64,000 bases of DNA from Microcystaceae cyanobacterium (lineage in GTDB: Bacteria > Cyanobacteriota > Cyanobacteriia > Cyanobacteriales > Microcystaceae). Both the position numbers and the translations under genes were made by a program. The notes beneath the pieces are model-generated. The model made no database searches and was not told where the DNA came from. It saw nothing but the letters and a program-made list of their open reading frames with translations. Position 1 is the first letter of the stretch. Each line of letters opens with the position of its first letter. The stretch spans positions 19,269 through 83,268 of the forward strand of contig JBGTGT010000084.1 in assembly GCA_041746575.1 (NCBI GenBank), read 5' to 3'. This document shows positions 10,596 through 20,949 of the stretch, one piece after another.

Positions 10596-13500
10596 ATGCC
10601 ACCAGCGGTTGAAGAAAAAAGTATGATCCCCACCATTTTGGTCGGGATGGGTGGAACGGGTGCGGAAATATTAGCAAGGTTGCGGCGATTAGTCGAAGAA
10701 AGCTATGGCAGTCTTAAGAATTTTCCAATTATTAGCTTCTTAATTATAGATACGGATAAAGATTATAAAATTACCGATCCCGAAGCATCAGGCACGCCTT
10801 TTAAAGATAACGAAAAGCATTGGGCGCGAGTCAGTGGGAAACAGGTACAAGAAATGGTCATGGAGATGGAAAAATATCCTTGGATTAATAGTTGGTTTCC
10901 TAGCGAACTTGAACGGAATATTACTTCATTAGAAGCAGGTGCTGGACAAATTCGTGCCTGTGGACGTTTTGCTTTTTTCTGTAATTATCATGCCATTCGT
11001 AACAAGTTTTTAGAGGCAATGACACGGGTTAAAAGTAAAGAAAACTTTATGTTAGATCGTTATGGTATTAAAGTAAATACAAACGCAATTAATGTTTTTG
11101 TCACGGGTTCGTTATCAGGGGGAACCGGCAGTGGAATGTTAATTGATATGGGATATGCAGTCCGTCATTGGATTCGTGCAGAAGGCAGTCCTTTAGTAAC
11201 TGCAATTGTCCCCATGCCCGAAGCATTTGCCGGAATTAGTGTGGGCGATCGCGTTTTAGCCAATGGTTACGCGGCCTTGATGGAATTGAGTTATTATTCC
11301 GATTATCGGACCGAATATGTGCAGCAATTTAGTAGTGGCTTAGTCGATGAAGTGCGTTCCCAAAAACCCCCTTTTGATTTCACCTATTTAGTCGGAACAA
11401 AAAATGGTGAAAGCGATTTTAAACTAAGTCAAATTCGGGAGTTAATTGCCCAAAACATATTCCTTGATCTCACCTCTGATTTCGCTCCACACAAACGCTC
11501 TATTCGCGACAATATTAAAGGCGCATGGGCGCAAGCAGATCCCGGAGGTAGAGGGTATCCTAAGCAGTTTATGAGTTTTGGACTCTCTAGCCTTGAAATC
11601 CCAATTGCTCAAATTCGTGCTTCTTTATCCTATCGTTTGGCTAAGGATTTCATGAATTGGTGGTTAAATTCGGATGTGATATTACCAGCCCAAATGATGG
11701 AATTGGTTAAGGGAGATATTCTTAAAAAAATGCGCTTGACAGAAGGAGAATTAATCGCTGATTTATCGGCAGATAAGGATCGCTCTTTAATGACTCTTGT
11801 TTCAGATTGGGTTAATAGTCTTCGCAATGAAATCACTCAAGAAGATTGGTTAGAATGTACCCAGCAAGGTGTGAATATAATCGGAGGAGAGCGAGGAAAA
11901 ATCTTACGTTTTGTGGATGAATTTCTCAATCCAAAAGTTACGGAGTACAAAGCCGAACACTTTAACGAATTGAGTCCAGATGAACGGATTCATGGTGATT
12001 ATTTGAAAACGATTTATAACAATCGAAATCGAAGTATTCAACAAGGGAAAAAAGCCTTAGAAACCGAATTTTATGCCATTATAGAAGACCGTAATCGAGG
12101 GCTTAAGTTTGCTGATGCTTTCATCGTAGCTGTTCGTCAATTGTTTAGTTCAATGATTGAAAAATTTCGTCGTGAACAAGATCAAGTCTGGTCAGCTAAT
12201 GAAGAAAATCGTCGGAAACAATATGAAGCAGCGATCGCTGAAATCAACGAATTCAAAGATAAATTTGGCATTTCTAAAAGCGATAAAATGGAACAATATT
12301 GTAGTCAAGCCTTAGAAGGATTACAAGGCAGTTTAACTGCCATTATTCAACGGAAAGTCAGAGCATCTGGTTTAACTGTTATTCAACGCCTAGAAGAACA
12401 TTTAAACTTCTTAGAAAGTCGCTTAAATCGCCTCAGTCAAAGGTTAATTCAAGCAAGAGATTTATTCGATCAAAAATCCAACCAAGAAGTTGATAGTGCC
12501 GACGCTTTAGTGATTAATGGTATCAAACTTTATAATCGGACTGAACTGAATGACTTATATCAAGATTTTATTGAGCAGTACGCAGGTGCAAACGAAGGGG
12601 TCAAAAGTCGTTACGAAACAGGAATTAATGCCCTTTGTAGTGTGCTATCTCAAGACATCTTATTAAAGACCAGTCCCCTCTGGAAAGAAACCCGTCAAGC
12701 GGATGAAATGATGCGACTTTTTGATCTGACTGAATTGCCCAGCGTGCAAGAAGAGGACTTTCGAGAAATCATTACAGATCATACTCGTAATACAATTGAA
12801 TCTGCGCCAGAGAATAGTAAACTTAAACGGGATTTAGCCGCTTGCGATCGCCTCTTTAAAATTTTCAATGATGAGGGAGATATTATTAATAACCTTCGCA
12901 TTGCTTATCATAAATCTCAACCGTTGATCTTACTTAATCAAGCCGTTTTACAAGGAAAAGATGCAGGATTTACCCCTGCTAAAAATATCAATGTAGCGGT
13001 ATTAGGGGGACGCAATACCAGCGATCCAGCCACTCAAAAAATTATCCCAAAAATTCAGGAATTTATGGGACGAGAAGATGATATTAAACCGTTAGGAGAA
13101 AAAGAACGTCATCGCATTGTTTTTGTACAGGAAATCGGTGGATTTTCCCTAAGATGTATCGACGGCATGCGAGATTTACGGCAATCCTATCAAGATTGGA
13201 AAGGGGAATTTATACTGGCAAAACGAGCGCAACAAGTTGGAGAAAGTAAAGATTTGCCGATTCCTGTTCATCTGCAAAAAGAGCCCCCTTACTGGGACAT
13301 TTTCCCCGAAGATCCAACCATTTTTAAGTTAGTGGTTGAAGCTAGAGCCTTACAGATTTTACGGCAAGACATTAATAAAGTCACCCAAGAAAGCGTCATT
13401 CGTTATCCCATTTCCACAGCAACAGGCAATAAAAATGTTGATATTGCCTCAAGTTGGGAAGAAGTTCCCCAAGTCTTAGAAGTTAGAGCTTGTCGTCCGG

Positions 13501-13865
13501 ATAGAGAAGAAATTCAACGTCAAGTTACTGCTCAATTAAACTTAGTTGAAACCCCCCAACAAAAGCAGGCACTTTATGAACAATTAATGACCTATTTAAA
13601 ACAACGAGCAACCGAGTTAAGCAAGCAAGGGGGAGAAGATAGCCTCGAATATAAACGGGAAGATAAAATTATTTTAGATTTAATTAATAACCATCAGTTA
13701 AATACGGGGATGAAGACGGTCGGCGATTCTTCCGCTAATCCCGCCCTACCTCTTGAAAAGGCATCCTCTCCAGCGAATAACACCGTCTTTTGTGGTCATT
13801 GCAGTCATCCGAATCCCTCTAACTTTAATTTCTGCTCTAAATGTGGCAATAAGTTAAACCCTTAA
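10596..13865 (+). CDS. Large tubulin/FtsZ-like GTPase (Tubulin_2-type) with helical/coiled-coil middle and C-terminal zinc ribbon
   Basis: LVGMGGTG, IIDTD, GAGQIRACGR, GSLSGGTGSG (tubulin signature loop), ANGYAALMEL; C-terminal CGHC-x10-CSKC; SD AGGAG upstream. Confidence 0.85.
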   Translation: MPPAVEEKSMIPTILVGMGGTGAEILARLRRLVEESYGSLKNFPIISFLIIDTDKDYKITDPEASGTPFKDNEKHWARVSGKQVQEMVMEMEKYPWINSWFPSELERNITSLEAGAGQIRACGRFAFFCNYHAIRNKFLEAMTRVKSKENFMLDRYGIKVNTNAINVFVTGSLSGGTGSGMLIDMGYAVRHWIRAEGSPLVTAIVPMPEAFAGISVGDRVLANGYAALMELSYYSDYRTEYVQQFSSGLVDEVRSQKPPFDFTYLVGTKNGESDFKLSQIRELIAQNIFLDLTSDFAPHKRSIRDNIKGAWAQADPGGRGYPKQFMSFGLSSLEIPIAQIRASLSYRLAKDFMNWWLNSDVILPAQMMELVKGDILKKMRLTEGELIADLSADKDRSLMTLVSDWVNSLRNEITQEDWLECTQQGVNIIGGERGKILRFVDEFLNPKVTEYKAEHFNELSPDERIHGDYLKTIYNNRNRSIQQGKKALETEFYAIIEDRNRGLKFADAFIVAVRQLFSSMIEKFRREQDQVWSANEENRRKQYEAAIAEINEFKDKFGISKSDKMEQYCSQALEGLQGSLTAIIQRKVRASGLTVIQRLEEHLNFLESRLNRLSQRLIQARDLFDQKSNQEVDSADALVINGIKLYNRTELNDLYQDFIEQYAGANEGVKSRYETGINALCSVLSQDILLKTSPLWKETRQADEMMRLFDLTELPSVQEEDFREIITDHTRNTIESAPENSKLKRDLAACDRLFKIFNDEGDIINNLRIAYHKSQPLILLNQAVLQGKDAGFTPAKNINVAVLGGRNTSDPATQKIIPKIQEFMGREDDIKPLGEKERHRIVFVQEIGGFSLRCIDGMRDLRQSYQDWKGEFILAKRAQQVGESKDLPIPVHLQKEPPYWDIFPEDPTIFKLVVEARALQILRQDINKVTQESVIRYPISTATGNKNVDIASSWEEVPQVLEVRACRPDREEIQRQVTAQLNLVETPQQKQALYEQLMTYLKQRATELSKQGGEDSLEYKREDKIILDLINNHQLNTGMKTVGDSSANPALPLEKASSPANNTVFCGHCSHPNPSNFNFCSKCGNKLNP

Positions 13866-13977
13866 TTTTTTTCGCAACTGCCATTAGAAATAAATCATGT
13901 AAAGGTTTCCTGACATTTTTTTGAGACAAAACCTAAAGAAGCTATTAAGATCAAGTTAATTGTACAAGAGGTCAGCT

Positions 13978-14346
13978 ATGAATATGCCAGGTTTTTCGGT
14001 GTTGCTGGCCAGGCATCCCAATCTTCAAGATTATCTCGAGCATGACAAGTTTATGTTGGGATATGCTTTAGGAAGCGAACAGGGTGGAATATTCTCTGTC
14101 TTTCTTCTCAACTCTCCTTGGAGAGACTACTGTTTACAAGCGACTGCCAGTGAAGCCATCCCTAGTGGGGGCGTCATTGTTGTAACTCACGAAGAACCGT
14201 GGAAGCTACAAGGGGTATGGCAAGCTTATTACTGGGATTATTCTTTGGAAATGGACAAGAAAACAGCAAAGTTAGCTTCTCTAGCGGTAGAAATCTCCTT
14301 AAAGTCTCCTCCCCGTCCCCAGAGAAGTCGAATTTACGCTTATTGA
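13978..14346 (+). CDS. Hypothetical protein
   Basis: 122-aa ORF with GAGG upstream of ATG 13978; no recognisable motif. Confidence 0.5.
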   Translation: MNMPGFSVLLARHPNLQDYLEHDKFMLGYALGSEQGGIFSVFLLNSPWRDYCLQATASEAIPSGGVIVVTHEEPWKLQGVWQAYYWDYSLEMDKKTAKLASLAVEISLKSPPRPQRSRIYAY

Positions 14347-14481
14347 GCAACTTAATCAGTAAACCATCTCCCGATGGGTTATTTTCCCCAGCGATAAACT
14401 GACTCAAGCATAGGATTTTGAGGGAAAATTATTGAGTTGTCTTAATGCTTAAAACTTGCTAATCTGAAGAGGTAAGGATAA

Positions 14482-14538
14482 ATCGTTCATCCACCCTTGA
14501 TGGTGGACGGAAGTAGGGATGTTCCCGAAGGAACGCGC
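14482..14538 (+). ncRNA. Glutamine riboswitch (glnA RNA motif, type I)
   Basis: P1 CGTTC/GAACG, P2 TCCACC-cttgat-GGTGGA, junction CGGAAGTA, P3 GGGA-tgt-TCCC, then GAAGGAACGC. Matches the glnA-motif consensus as I recall it; extended -10 TGcTAATCT at about 14457-14465. Confidence 0.88.
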
Positions 14539-14573
14539 CTCATTCAATCCACTCCAGTGAAGAGGCGAGAACT

Positions 14574-14783
14574 ATGCAATCTTTCGATATTATTCATGAT
14601 AGTCATGAAACTTTTTCTTATCTGACTAGGGAAGAGGTTTCAGTGGCATTTCGCGAAAGGGATTCCTCCCCAAATCCAACGGATGATCATTTTGATTTTT
14701 CCCTTTGGGCAAAAGCCGTAAAGAAACAAATGGTAGAATCTTTACAGCGACGCAATAAGGGCAATATTGGGACAAAACGCTGA
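14574..14783 (+). CDS. Small hypothetical protein downstream of glutamine riboswitch
   Basis: 69-aa ORF with SD GAGG 8 nt upstream, directly behind the riboswitch; amphipathic C-terminal helix FDFSLWAKAVKKQMVESLQRR. Confidence 0.7.
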   Translation: MQSFDIIHDSHETFSYLTREEVSVAFRERDSSPNPTDDHFDFSLWAKAVKKQMVESLQRRNKGNIGTKR

Positions 14784-14814
14784 TCAATATGGATAAAGCG
14801 GTAATCTCCTGTTT

Positions 14815-15786
14815 TTAACCTCGGATGATACAACGAAATCCCAAATGACAGGTAGAAGTATCGACGGCTTGGGGCATTCTAGCGGCAGGACGATAACGAC
14901 GGCAATAGCTAGGCGCACACAAAAAGGAGCCACCTTTTGTAACTCGTCGTGGAATGCGAATATCGGGCAGACTAGGGTCATAACTGTTTTCTACTGTACC
15001 TCCTCTCGGATTATCGAGGGTACAACAAGAACTTTTTTTGAGGTTCTTATGTTCTTGATACCAGTCGCTTGTCCATTCCCAGATATTGCCAATCATGTCA
15101 TAAAGCCCATAACCGTTGGGGGGAAATACGCCGACAGGAGAAGTTCTTTCATAACCGTCGTCACAGGTATTTTCGTGGGGAAATGCTCCTTGCCACGTGT
15201 TAGCCATCATTTTTCCTTTGGGGTGTAGTTCGTCACCCCAAGCGAATTCATTCCCTTTTTGTCCTCCTTGTGCCGCATATTCCCATTCTGCTTCTGTGGG
15301 TAAGTCTTTGCCTATCCATTGGGCATAAGCTTGGGCATCTTCATAGGCAATATGGACAACAGGATGCTTTTCTCTGCCTTTAATTGAACTGCCTTTACCT
15401 TCAGGATGTCGCCAATTTGCCCCCGTAATGTAATGCCACCATTGATAATGATTCTCTGTCGAAATGGGGCGGTCAGGTTTAATAAAAACAATAGAAGAAG
15501 GTTGTAATAATTCAGGTTTTGCGCCGGGATAATCATCAGGATTAGCGGGACGTTCAGCAAGCGTTGTATATCCTGTTGCTTTGACGAACTTTTGGAATTG
15601 GGCATTAGTGACCAAATAGCGATCTAGCCAAAATCCGTTTACTTTAACTTTATGGGCAGGAGATTCTTCTGCATAGTGACGATCTGAACCCATTAAGAAT
15701 ACACCTTCGGATATCCAGACCATCTCTTTGGCAGGAGGACGACTAGAAGAGGGGGTGTTTGAACTTAAAGTGGGGCTTTTACTCAC
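14815..15786 (-). CDS. Formylglycine-generating enzyme (SUMF1/FGE-sulfatase) family protein
   Basis: FLMGSD, LPTEAEWEYAA, NGYGLYDMIGNIWEW, KGGSFLCAPSYCRRYRPAAR and HLGFRC. Confidence 0.92.
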   Translation of the reverse strand: MSKSPTLSSNTPSSSRPPAKEMVWISEGVFLMGSDRHYAEESPAHKVKVNGFWLDRYLVTNAQFQKFVKATGYTTLAERPANPDDYPGAKPELLQPSSIVFIKPDRPISTENHYQWWHYITGANWRHPEGKGSSIKGREKHPVVHIAYEDAQAYAQWIGKDLPTEAEWEYAAQGGQKGNEFAWGDELHPKGKMMANTWQGAFPHENTCDDGYERTSPVGVFPPNGYGLYDMIGNIWEWTSDWYQEHKNLKKSSCCTLDNPRGGTVENSYDPSLPDIRIPRRVTKGGSFLCAPSYCRRYRPAARMPQAVDTSTCHLGFRCIIRG

Positions 15787-15879
15787 AATTTACTCCTTCG
15801 TTTTTAAGCAGATGTTTACATCTGTTTTTTGATAATATCTATTTTAGCAATATTATAACCAATAAACAATTAATACTTT

Positions 15880-17892
15880 CTAAGGAGACCGTTGTCCTAA
15901 TAATTTATCCCGTAACTGTTTGATGCGATCGCGATATTTAGCGGCTTCTTCATATTCTAAGTTCTTAGCAGCCTCTTTCATTTTAATTTCAAGTTGTTCA
16001 ATCAGTTCAGGCACTTTTTCTAGAGGTAAATCGGCAGATTTATCATAAATTTCTTCGAGTTGTTGAGCATTTAGACGGCGGGAGATATCGAGGAAAGCAA
16101 GAATAGAATTGGTCGATTTTTTGACAATCGATTGGGGCGTAATACCGTGTTTTTGATTATATTCCATCTGAATTTTGCGTCGTCTTTCTGTTTCGTCAAT
16201 TGCTTTAATCATGCTATCTGTCAAATTATCTCCGTATAAAATGGCTTGTCCTCGAACATGGCGTGCTGCCCGTCCAATGGTTTGAATTAAAGAGCGTTCT
16301 GCCCGCAAAAATCCTTCTTTATCTGCATCTAAAATAGCCACTAGAGACACTTCAGGTAAATCTAATCCTTCCCGCAGTAAGTTAACACCAATTAGGACAT
16401 CAAATTCCCCTTCTCTGAGGGCTTGTAAAATTTCAATGCGTTCAATAGATTTGATCTCTGAGTGCAAATATTGTACTCGAACCTCTCTTTCTTGAAAATA
16501 TTCGGTTAAATCTTCTGCCATTCGTTTTGTTAAGGTAGTAATCAAAACCCGTTCGTTTCGTCTTACTCGTTCTTTGATTTCTCCTAACAAATCATCCACT
16601 TGTCCTTCGGTTGGGCGGACAAAAATTTCTGGATCTAAAACTCCCGTTGGTCGAATAATTTGCTCAATAATATGATCTTGAGATTGTTCAATTTCCCATT
16701 GACCGGGGGTAGCTGAAACAAAGATACATTGATTTACTTTTTGCCAAAATTCCTCTGACTTGAGCGGACGATTATCTGCCGCACTGGGTAAGCGAAATCC
16801 ATGATCAATTAAAACTTTTTTACGAGCTTGATCGCCATTATACATCCCTCTTAATTGGGGAACTGTCACATGGGATTCATCGACAATAAGTAACCAATCT
16901 TTTGGAAAATAATCAATTAAACATTCAGGGGGTTGCCCCGCTTGTCTACCTGCTAAATGACGAGAATAATTTTCGACACCATTACAATATCCCACTTCTT
17001 GCAACATTTCTAAATCATAACGCGTTCGTTGACTGAGGCGTTGTGCTTCTAATAGTTTACCGGCTTTTTCTAAGCTTAACATTTGCTCCTCTAATTCAGA
17101 TCGAATCGCTTGACAGGCGTCTTCTAGTTGGTCATCTGGGGTTACAAAGTGGCGCGCGGGATAAATATTGATGGCTTCTAAACTGCTTAAAATTTCTCCT
17201 GTGATCGGATCAAGATAACGAATGGCATCAATTTCATCGCCAAAGAATTCAATCCGAATCACTCGATCTTCGTAGGCAGGAACAATTTCTAGAACATCCC
17301 CTTTGACTCGAAATCTTGCCCGTTGCAATTCAATATCATTGCGAGTGTACTGAATATTAACTAAAGACCGCAATAAGCGACGCTGATTGATTTCTTGTCC
17401 GACGGATAAGGCGACCGATGCTTTTAGATATTCTGAGGGAATTCCTAAGCCATAAATGCAACTAATAGAAGCAACCACAATAACATCTTTTCGCTCAAAC
17501 AAAGAACGGGTTGCTGAGTGACGCAGCATATCAATTTCTTCATTAATAGATGCTGTTTTTTCAATATAAGTATCGGTGACGGGAATATACGCTTCTGGTT
17601 GATAATAATCGTAATAACTAATAAAATACTCGACGGCATTGTGAGGAAAAAATTGTCTTAATTCATTGCACAATTGTGCCGCTAGGGTTTTGTTATGAGC
17701 AAGAACAAGGGCAGGTTTGCCGATTTTTTCAATGACAGAAGCGATAGTGAAGGTTTTACCCGTTCCCGTTGCCCCTAACAGCGTTTGCAAACGGTTACCT
17801 GCTGTTAACGATTGTACCAATTGAGCGATCGCACTGGGTTGATCCCCAGTCGGTTGAAAGGGAGCTTGTAGGGCAAAAGGACGGTGCATCAT
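15880..17892 (-). CDS. uvrB: Excinuclease ABC subunit B
   Basis: [39 protein letters not shown] and a C-terminal UVR domain. Start trimmed to ATG 17892/17889. Confidence 0.97.
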   Translation of the reverse strand: MMHRPFALQAPFQPTGDQPSAIAQLVQSLTAGNRLQTLLGATGTGKTFTIASVIEKIGKPALVLAHNKTLAAQLCNELRQFFPHNAVEYFISYYDYYQPEAYIPVTDTYIEKTASINEEIDMLRHSATRSLFERKDVIVVASISCIYGLGIPSEYLKASVALSVGQEINQRRLLRSLVNIQYTRNDIELQRARFRVKGDVLEIVPAYEDRVIRIEFFGDEIDAIRYLDPITGEILSSLEAINIYPARHFVTPDDQLEDACQAIRSELEEQMLSLEKAGKLLEAQRLSQRTRYDLEMLQEVGYCNGVENYSRHLAGRQAGQPPECLIDYFPKDWLLIVDESHVTVPQLRGMYNGDQARKKVLIDHGFRLPSAADNRPLKSEEFWQKVNQCIFVSATPGQWEIEQSQDHIIEQIIRPTGVLDPEIFVRPTEGQVDDLLGEIKERVRRNERVLITTLTKRMAEDLTEYFQEREVRVQYLHSEIKSIERIEILQALREGEFDVLIGVNLLREGLDLPEVSLVAILDADKEGFLRAERSLIQTIGRAARHVRGQAILYGDNLTDSMIKAIDETERRRKIQMEYNQKHGITPQSIVKKSTNSILAFLDISRRLNAQQLEEIYDKSADLPLEKVPELIEQLEIKMKEAAKNLEYEEAAKYRDRIKQLRDKLLGQRSP

Positions 17893-18128
17893 TAGGTTAC
17901 GGAGATAACATTCTAGATAATTATCAACGGTATGACAAAATTTTGCCAAAAGGATCGGCCTTGATAGTGAACCCTTATCTTTTTGATAATAAACTCCAAG
18001 CATAGAGAAGCTAAAAACATGGTAAGGTACAGAGAAGCAGAAAGTCTTAAAATAAAGTTAAGGCCGCTTTTTTTTCGATTACCTAATTAGCCCCTTAATT
18101 TAATCAATATTCGGGAGAAATTGTCATT

Positions 18129-18527
18129 ATGGTGGAAAAAACTGTAACAAACGGAACAGAAACCCAAGAAGCACCAAAAACAACCGCAACAACTTCTAAA
18201 ACCACCACTAGAAGCACTAGAGCCAAGGATGATAGCGAATCAATGGCATTATCCTTCAAGGAAGAGGCAGAGATTATTCCTTTGCCCGGAAATCGCCCTA
18301 TTGAGTCTAGTCACCTAAACATTGTTAGTACCTATCATGCAGTAGGGGGAGATCGACCGGTGGTAGCTAGTGGTTTAGACATAAAAGAGATGATATCGGT
18401 TTCGGGTAATCGTCCCATCGTGGCGAGTCATCTACAAATCAGCGAAACTTATAAAGTGATGGGTAATCGTCCTGTTGCATCTAATGCAATTGATGATCCT
18501 CAAACCTTAATGGGATTCTTAGATTAA
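18129..18527 (+). CDS. Cyanobacterial hypothetical protein with four G(N/D)RP(I/V) repeats
   Basis: Thr-rich N-terminus, then GNRPIESSHL / GDRPVVASGL / GNRPIVASHL / GNRPVASN about every 19-20 aa, ending LMGFLD. Confidence 0.75.
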   Translation: MVEKTVTNGTETQEAPKTTATTSKTTTRSTRAKDDSESMALSFKEEAEIIPLPGNRPIESSHLNIVSTYHAVGGDRPVVASGLDIKEMISVSGNRPIVASHLQISETYKVMGNRPVASNAIDDPQTLMGFLD

Positions 18528-19033
18528 ATCTAAGCACTTATTTATAAAGTGAATTATTAAGCTTATTTTACCCTGCTTGATCTCCTCCAATCTCCCTCAA
18601 TAAGAGAGGCTGGGGGAAGATAATTGTTCCTTGAGCAATGACCCTTTATTTTTCAGAGATCGGATGATAAATGGCTGCAATACGTGAGGGAAAGTTTTAA
18701 TGAACTATTTCGATGCACACCGGTTTAGTTACGGTGTAGTTTTAAGTTTTTAAGCGTACAAAAGCTTACTCAGTCAAGTTATCAAGGGTTTCATGTAATA
18801 AGAAAAACGATAGAGATTGAAGCTTTCGGCAATGGTAACCCTATCAGTATTTGGCATTTATAAAAACAGGATTAAAATAAGCCCCCATTAAGATAGACAC
18901 AGCACAAAAATAGAATACTAGAGGCTTCTTTGCAGTGCGCTCAATATTTTTTCTGTCTGACTAGATTTGCGGTGAAAGTTTATGATACTTTTAACTTAAT
19001 TGTTATTTAATCTTTATCTTTTTTTACCCTGCA

Positions 19034-20929
19034 ATGAGCGACTTTTTCCTACAAAGCAGTTGGTTTATTCCCTTTTACGGTTTAATTGGTGCTATTTTAA
19101 CGCTTCCTTGGTCACTGGGCGTGATTCGCAAGACAGGTCCCCGTCCAGCGGCTTATATTAATATTTTAATGACCTTGGTGGCGTTTATTCACGGCGCATT
19201 TGCGGCTAATGCGATTTGGCAACGAGAAGCCCAACAATTGGTTTTTAACTGGCTATCGGTGGCGGATTTAGACTTACCCCTCGTGGTTGAACTTTCCCCC
19301 GTCAGCTTAGGGGCTTTAGCGGTGGTAACCGGTATTAGTCTAGCGGCACAGGTGTATGCCTTGGGCTATTTAGAGAAAGATTGGTCAATTGCTCGTTTTT
19401 ATGGATTATTAGGCTTTTTTGAGGCGGCTTTAAGCGGAATTGCTTTGAGTGATTCTTTATTGCTGAGTTACGGCTTATTAGAGATGCTGACCTTCTCTAC
19501 CTACTTGTTAGTCGGATTTTGGTATGCTCAACCCCTCGTCGTCACCGCCGCTAGAGATGCTTTTTTAACCAAACGAGTCGGGGATATCATCTTATTAATG
19601 GGATTAGTAGCGTTATCAAGCTATGGGGAGGGATTAACCTTCTCTCAACTCGAAAATTGGGCAGGTGGCTCCCCTGTTCCACCCTTAACTGCTGCGTTAT
19701 TAGGTTTATCGCTGATTGCAGGTCCAACGGGCAAATGCGCACAGTTTCCCCTGAATTTGTGGTTAGACGAAGCAATGGAAGGTCCCAACCCAGCAGGAAT
19801 TATGCGAAATTCCATTGTTGTGTCAGCAGGAGCTTATGTTTTAATTAAATTACAGCCCGTTTTTACCTTATCTCCCATTGCCTCTACCATACTCCTCATT
19901 TTAGGGTCTGTCACCGCCGTTGGTACGTCCTTGATGGCCATGGCGCAGATTGATATTAAACGGGCGTTATCTCATTCTACCAGTGCCTATTTAGGACTTG
20001 TTTTTATTGCTGTCGGGTTAGGTCATGTAGATATTGCCTTTTTACTGCTCTTTTCTCATGCTATTGCCAAAGCGTTATTGTTTATGAGTGTAGGGGCGAT
20101 TATTCTCACTACCAGTAATCAAAATATCACGGAAATGGGCGGATTATGGTCAAGAATGCCCGCTACCACCTCATCTTTTGTTATTGGTTCTGCCGGATTA
20201 CTCGCCCTTTTACCAATGGGGATGTTCTGGACATTTCAAAAGTGGTTTAATGGTTCTTTGGAGTTTTACCCTTGGTTATTTGTCTTAGTATTAATTGTCA
20301 ATAGTTTATCTGCGTTTAACTTGACGAGGGTCTTCCGTTCGGTCTTTTTAGGAGAACCCCAAATGAAAACCCGTCGTACCCCAGAAGTCGCTTGGCAGAT
20401 GGTCGTACCGATGGTTTCTTTAATGATTATCGCCCTGTTAGTTCCCCTAGTCCCCCTCAATTGGCCCTTATGGTTATCGCCTGTAACACCCGTAGTGGAT
20501 AATCTGTCTCCCTTTGTGCCTTGGACAGTCCCATTATTAATCGCTTCAGGAATGCTAGGATGTGGCATTGGGGCGTCGATTCAATTACAGCGTTATTGGT
20601 CAAGATCAACCCGTTTAACCCTACGATTTTTCCAAGATTTGTTTGCTTATGACTTTTATATGGATAAAATCTATGACGTTACCGTTGTTGCGGCGGTGGC
20701 AAATGTGTCTCGGTTAGCCGCGTGGATTGACCGTTATGTGGTAGATGGTACGGTTAATTTGGTGAGTTTAGCCACCCTTTTCAGTGGAAATGCTCTCAAA
20801 TACAATACTTCAGGGCAATCCCAACTTTATATCTTAACCATTCTCATCGGAGTGAGTTTATTAATTTGGTTTGTCGCCAGTGGTCAATGGTCGACGATTG
20901 TCAATTATTGGTCATCTTTTCTCAGTTAA
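19034..20929 (+). CDS. ndhF4: NAD(P)H-quinone oxidoreductase subunit F4 (constitutive CO2 uptake, NDH-1 complex)
   Basis: MSDFFLQSSWFIPFYGLIG, TGPRPAAY, GKCAQFPLNLWLDEAMEGP and RRTPEV are typical of the NdhF4 rather than the NdhF3 clade. Confidence 0.88.
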   Translation: MSDFFLQSSWFIPFYGLIGAILTLPWSLGVIRKTGPRPAAYINILMTLVAFIHGAFAANAIWQREAQQLVFNWLSVADLDLPLVVELSPVSLGALAVVTGISLAAQVYALGYLEKDWSIARFYGLLGFFEAALSGIALSDSLLLSYGLLEMLTFSTYLLVGFWYAQPLVVTAARDAFLTKRVGDIILLMGLVALSSYGEGLTFSQLENWAGGSPVPPLTAALLGLSLIAGPTGKCAQFPLNLWLDEAMEGPNPAGIMRNSIVVSAGAYVLIKLQPVFTLSPIASTILLILGSVTAVGTSLMAMAQIDIKRALSHSTSAYLGLVFIAVGLGHVDIAFLLLFSHAIAKALLFMSVGAIILTTSNQNITEMGGLWSRMPATTSSFVIGSAGLLALLPMGMFWTFQKWFNGSLEFYPWLFVLVLIVNSLSAFNLTRVFRSVFLGEPQMKTRRTPEVAWQMVVPMVSLMIIALLVPLVPLNWPLWLSPVTPVVDNLSPFVPWTVPLLIASGMLGCGIGASIQLQRYWSRSTRLTLRFFQDLFAYDFYMDKIYDVTVVAAVANVSRLAAWIDRYVVDGTVNLVSLATLFSGNALKYNTSGQSQLYILTILIGVSLLIWFVASGQWSTIVNYWSSFLS

Positions 20930-20949
20930 TGGGGCTTGCCTCATGATGC

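Noticed and set aside
14815..15786. Functional link between the FGE-family gene and the riboswitch-controlled small ORF
   Set aside because: Convergent orientation, no sulfatase nearby, no evidence of co-regulation.
17893..18003. 37-aa N-terminal extension of UvrB (similar over-extended starts for dapF, typA, comFB, hpsN, rpaB)
   Set aside because: Similarity starts at downstream start codons; extensions are longest-ORF artefacts.
18571..18621. Imperfect GC-rich hairpin after the GNRP-repeat gene
   Set aside because: Looks like a decayed dispersed cyanobacterial repeat or terminator; too degenerate to call.
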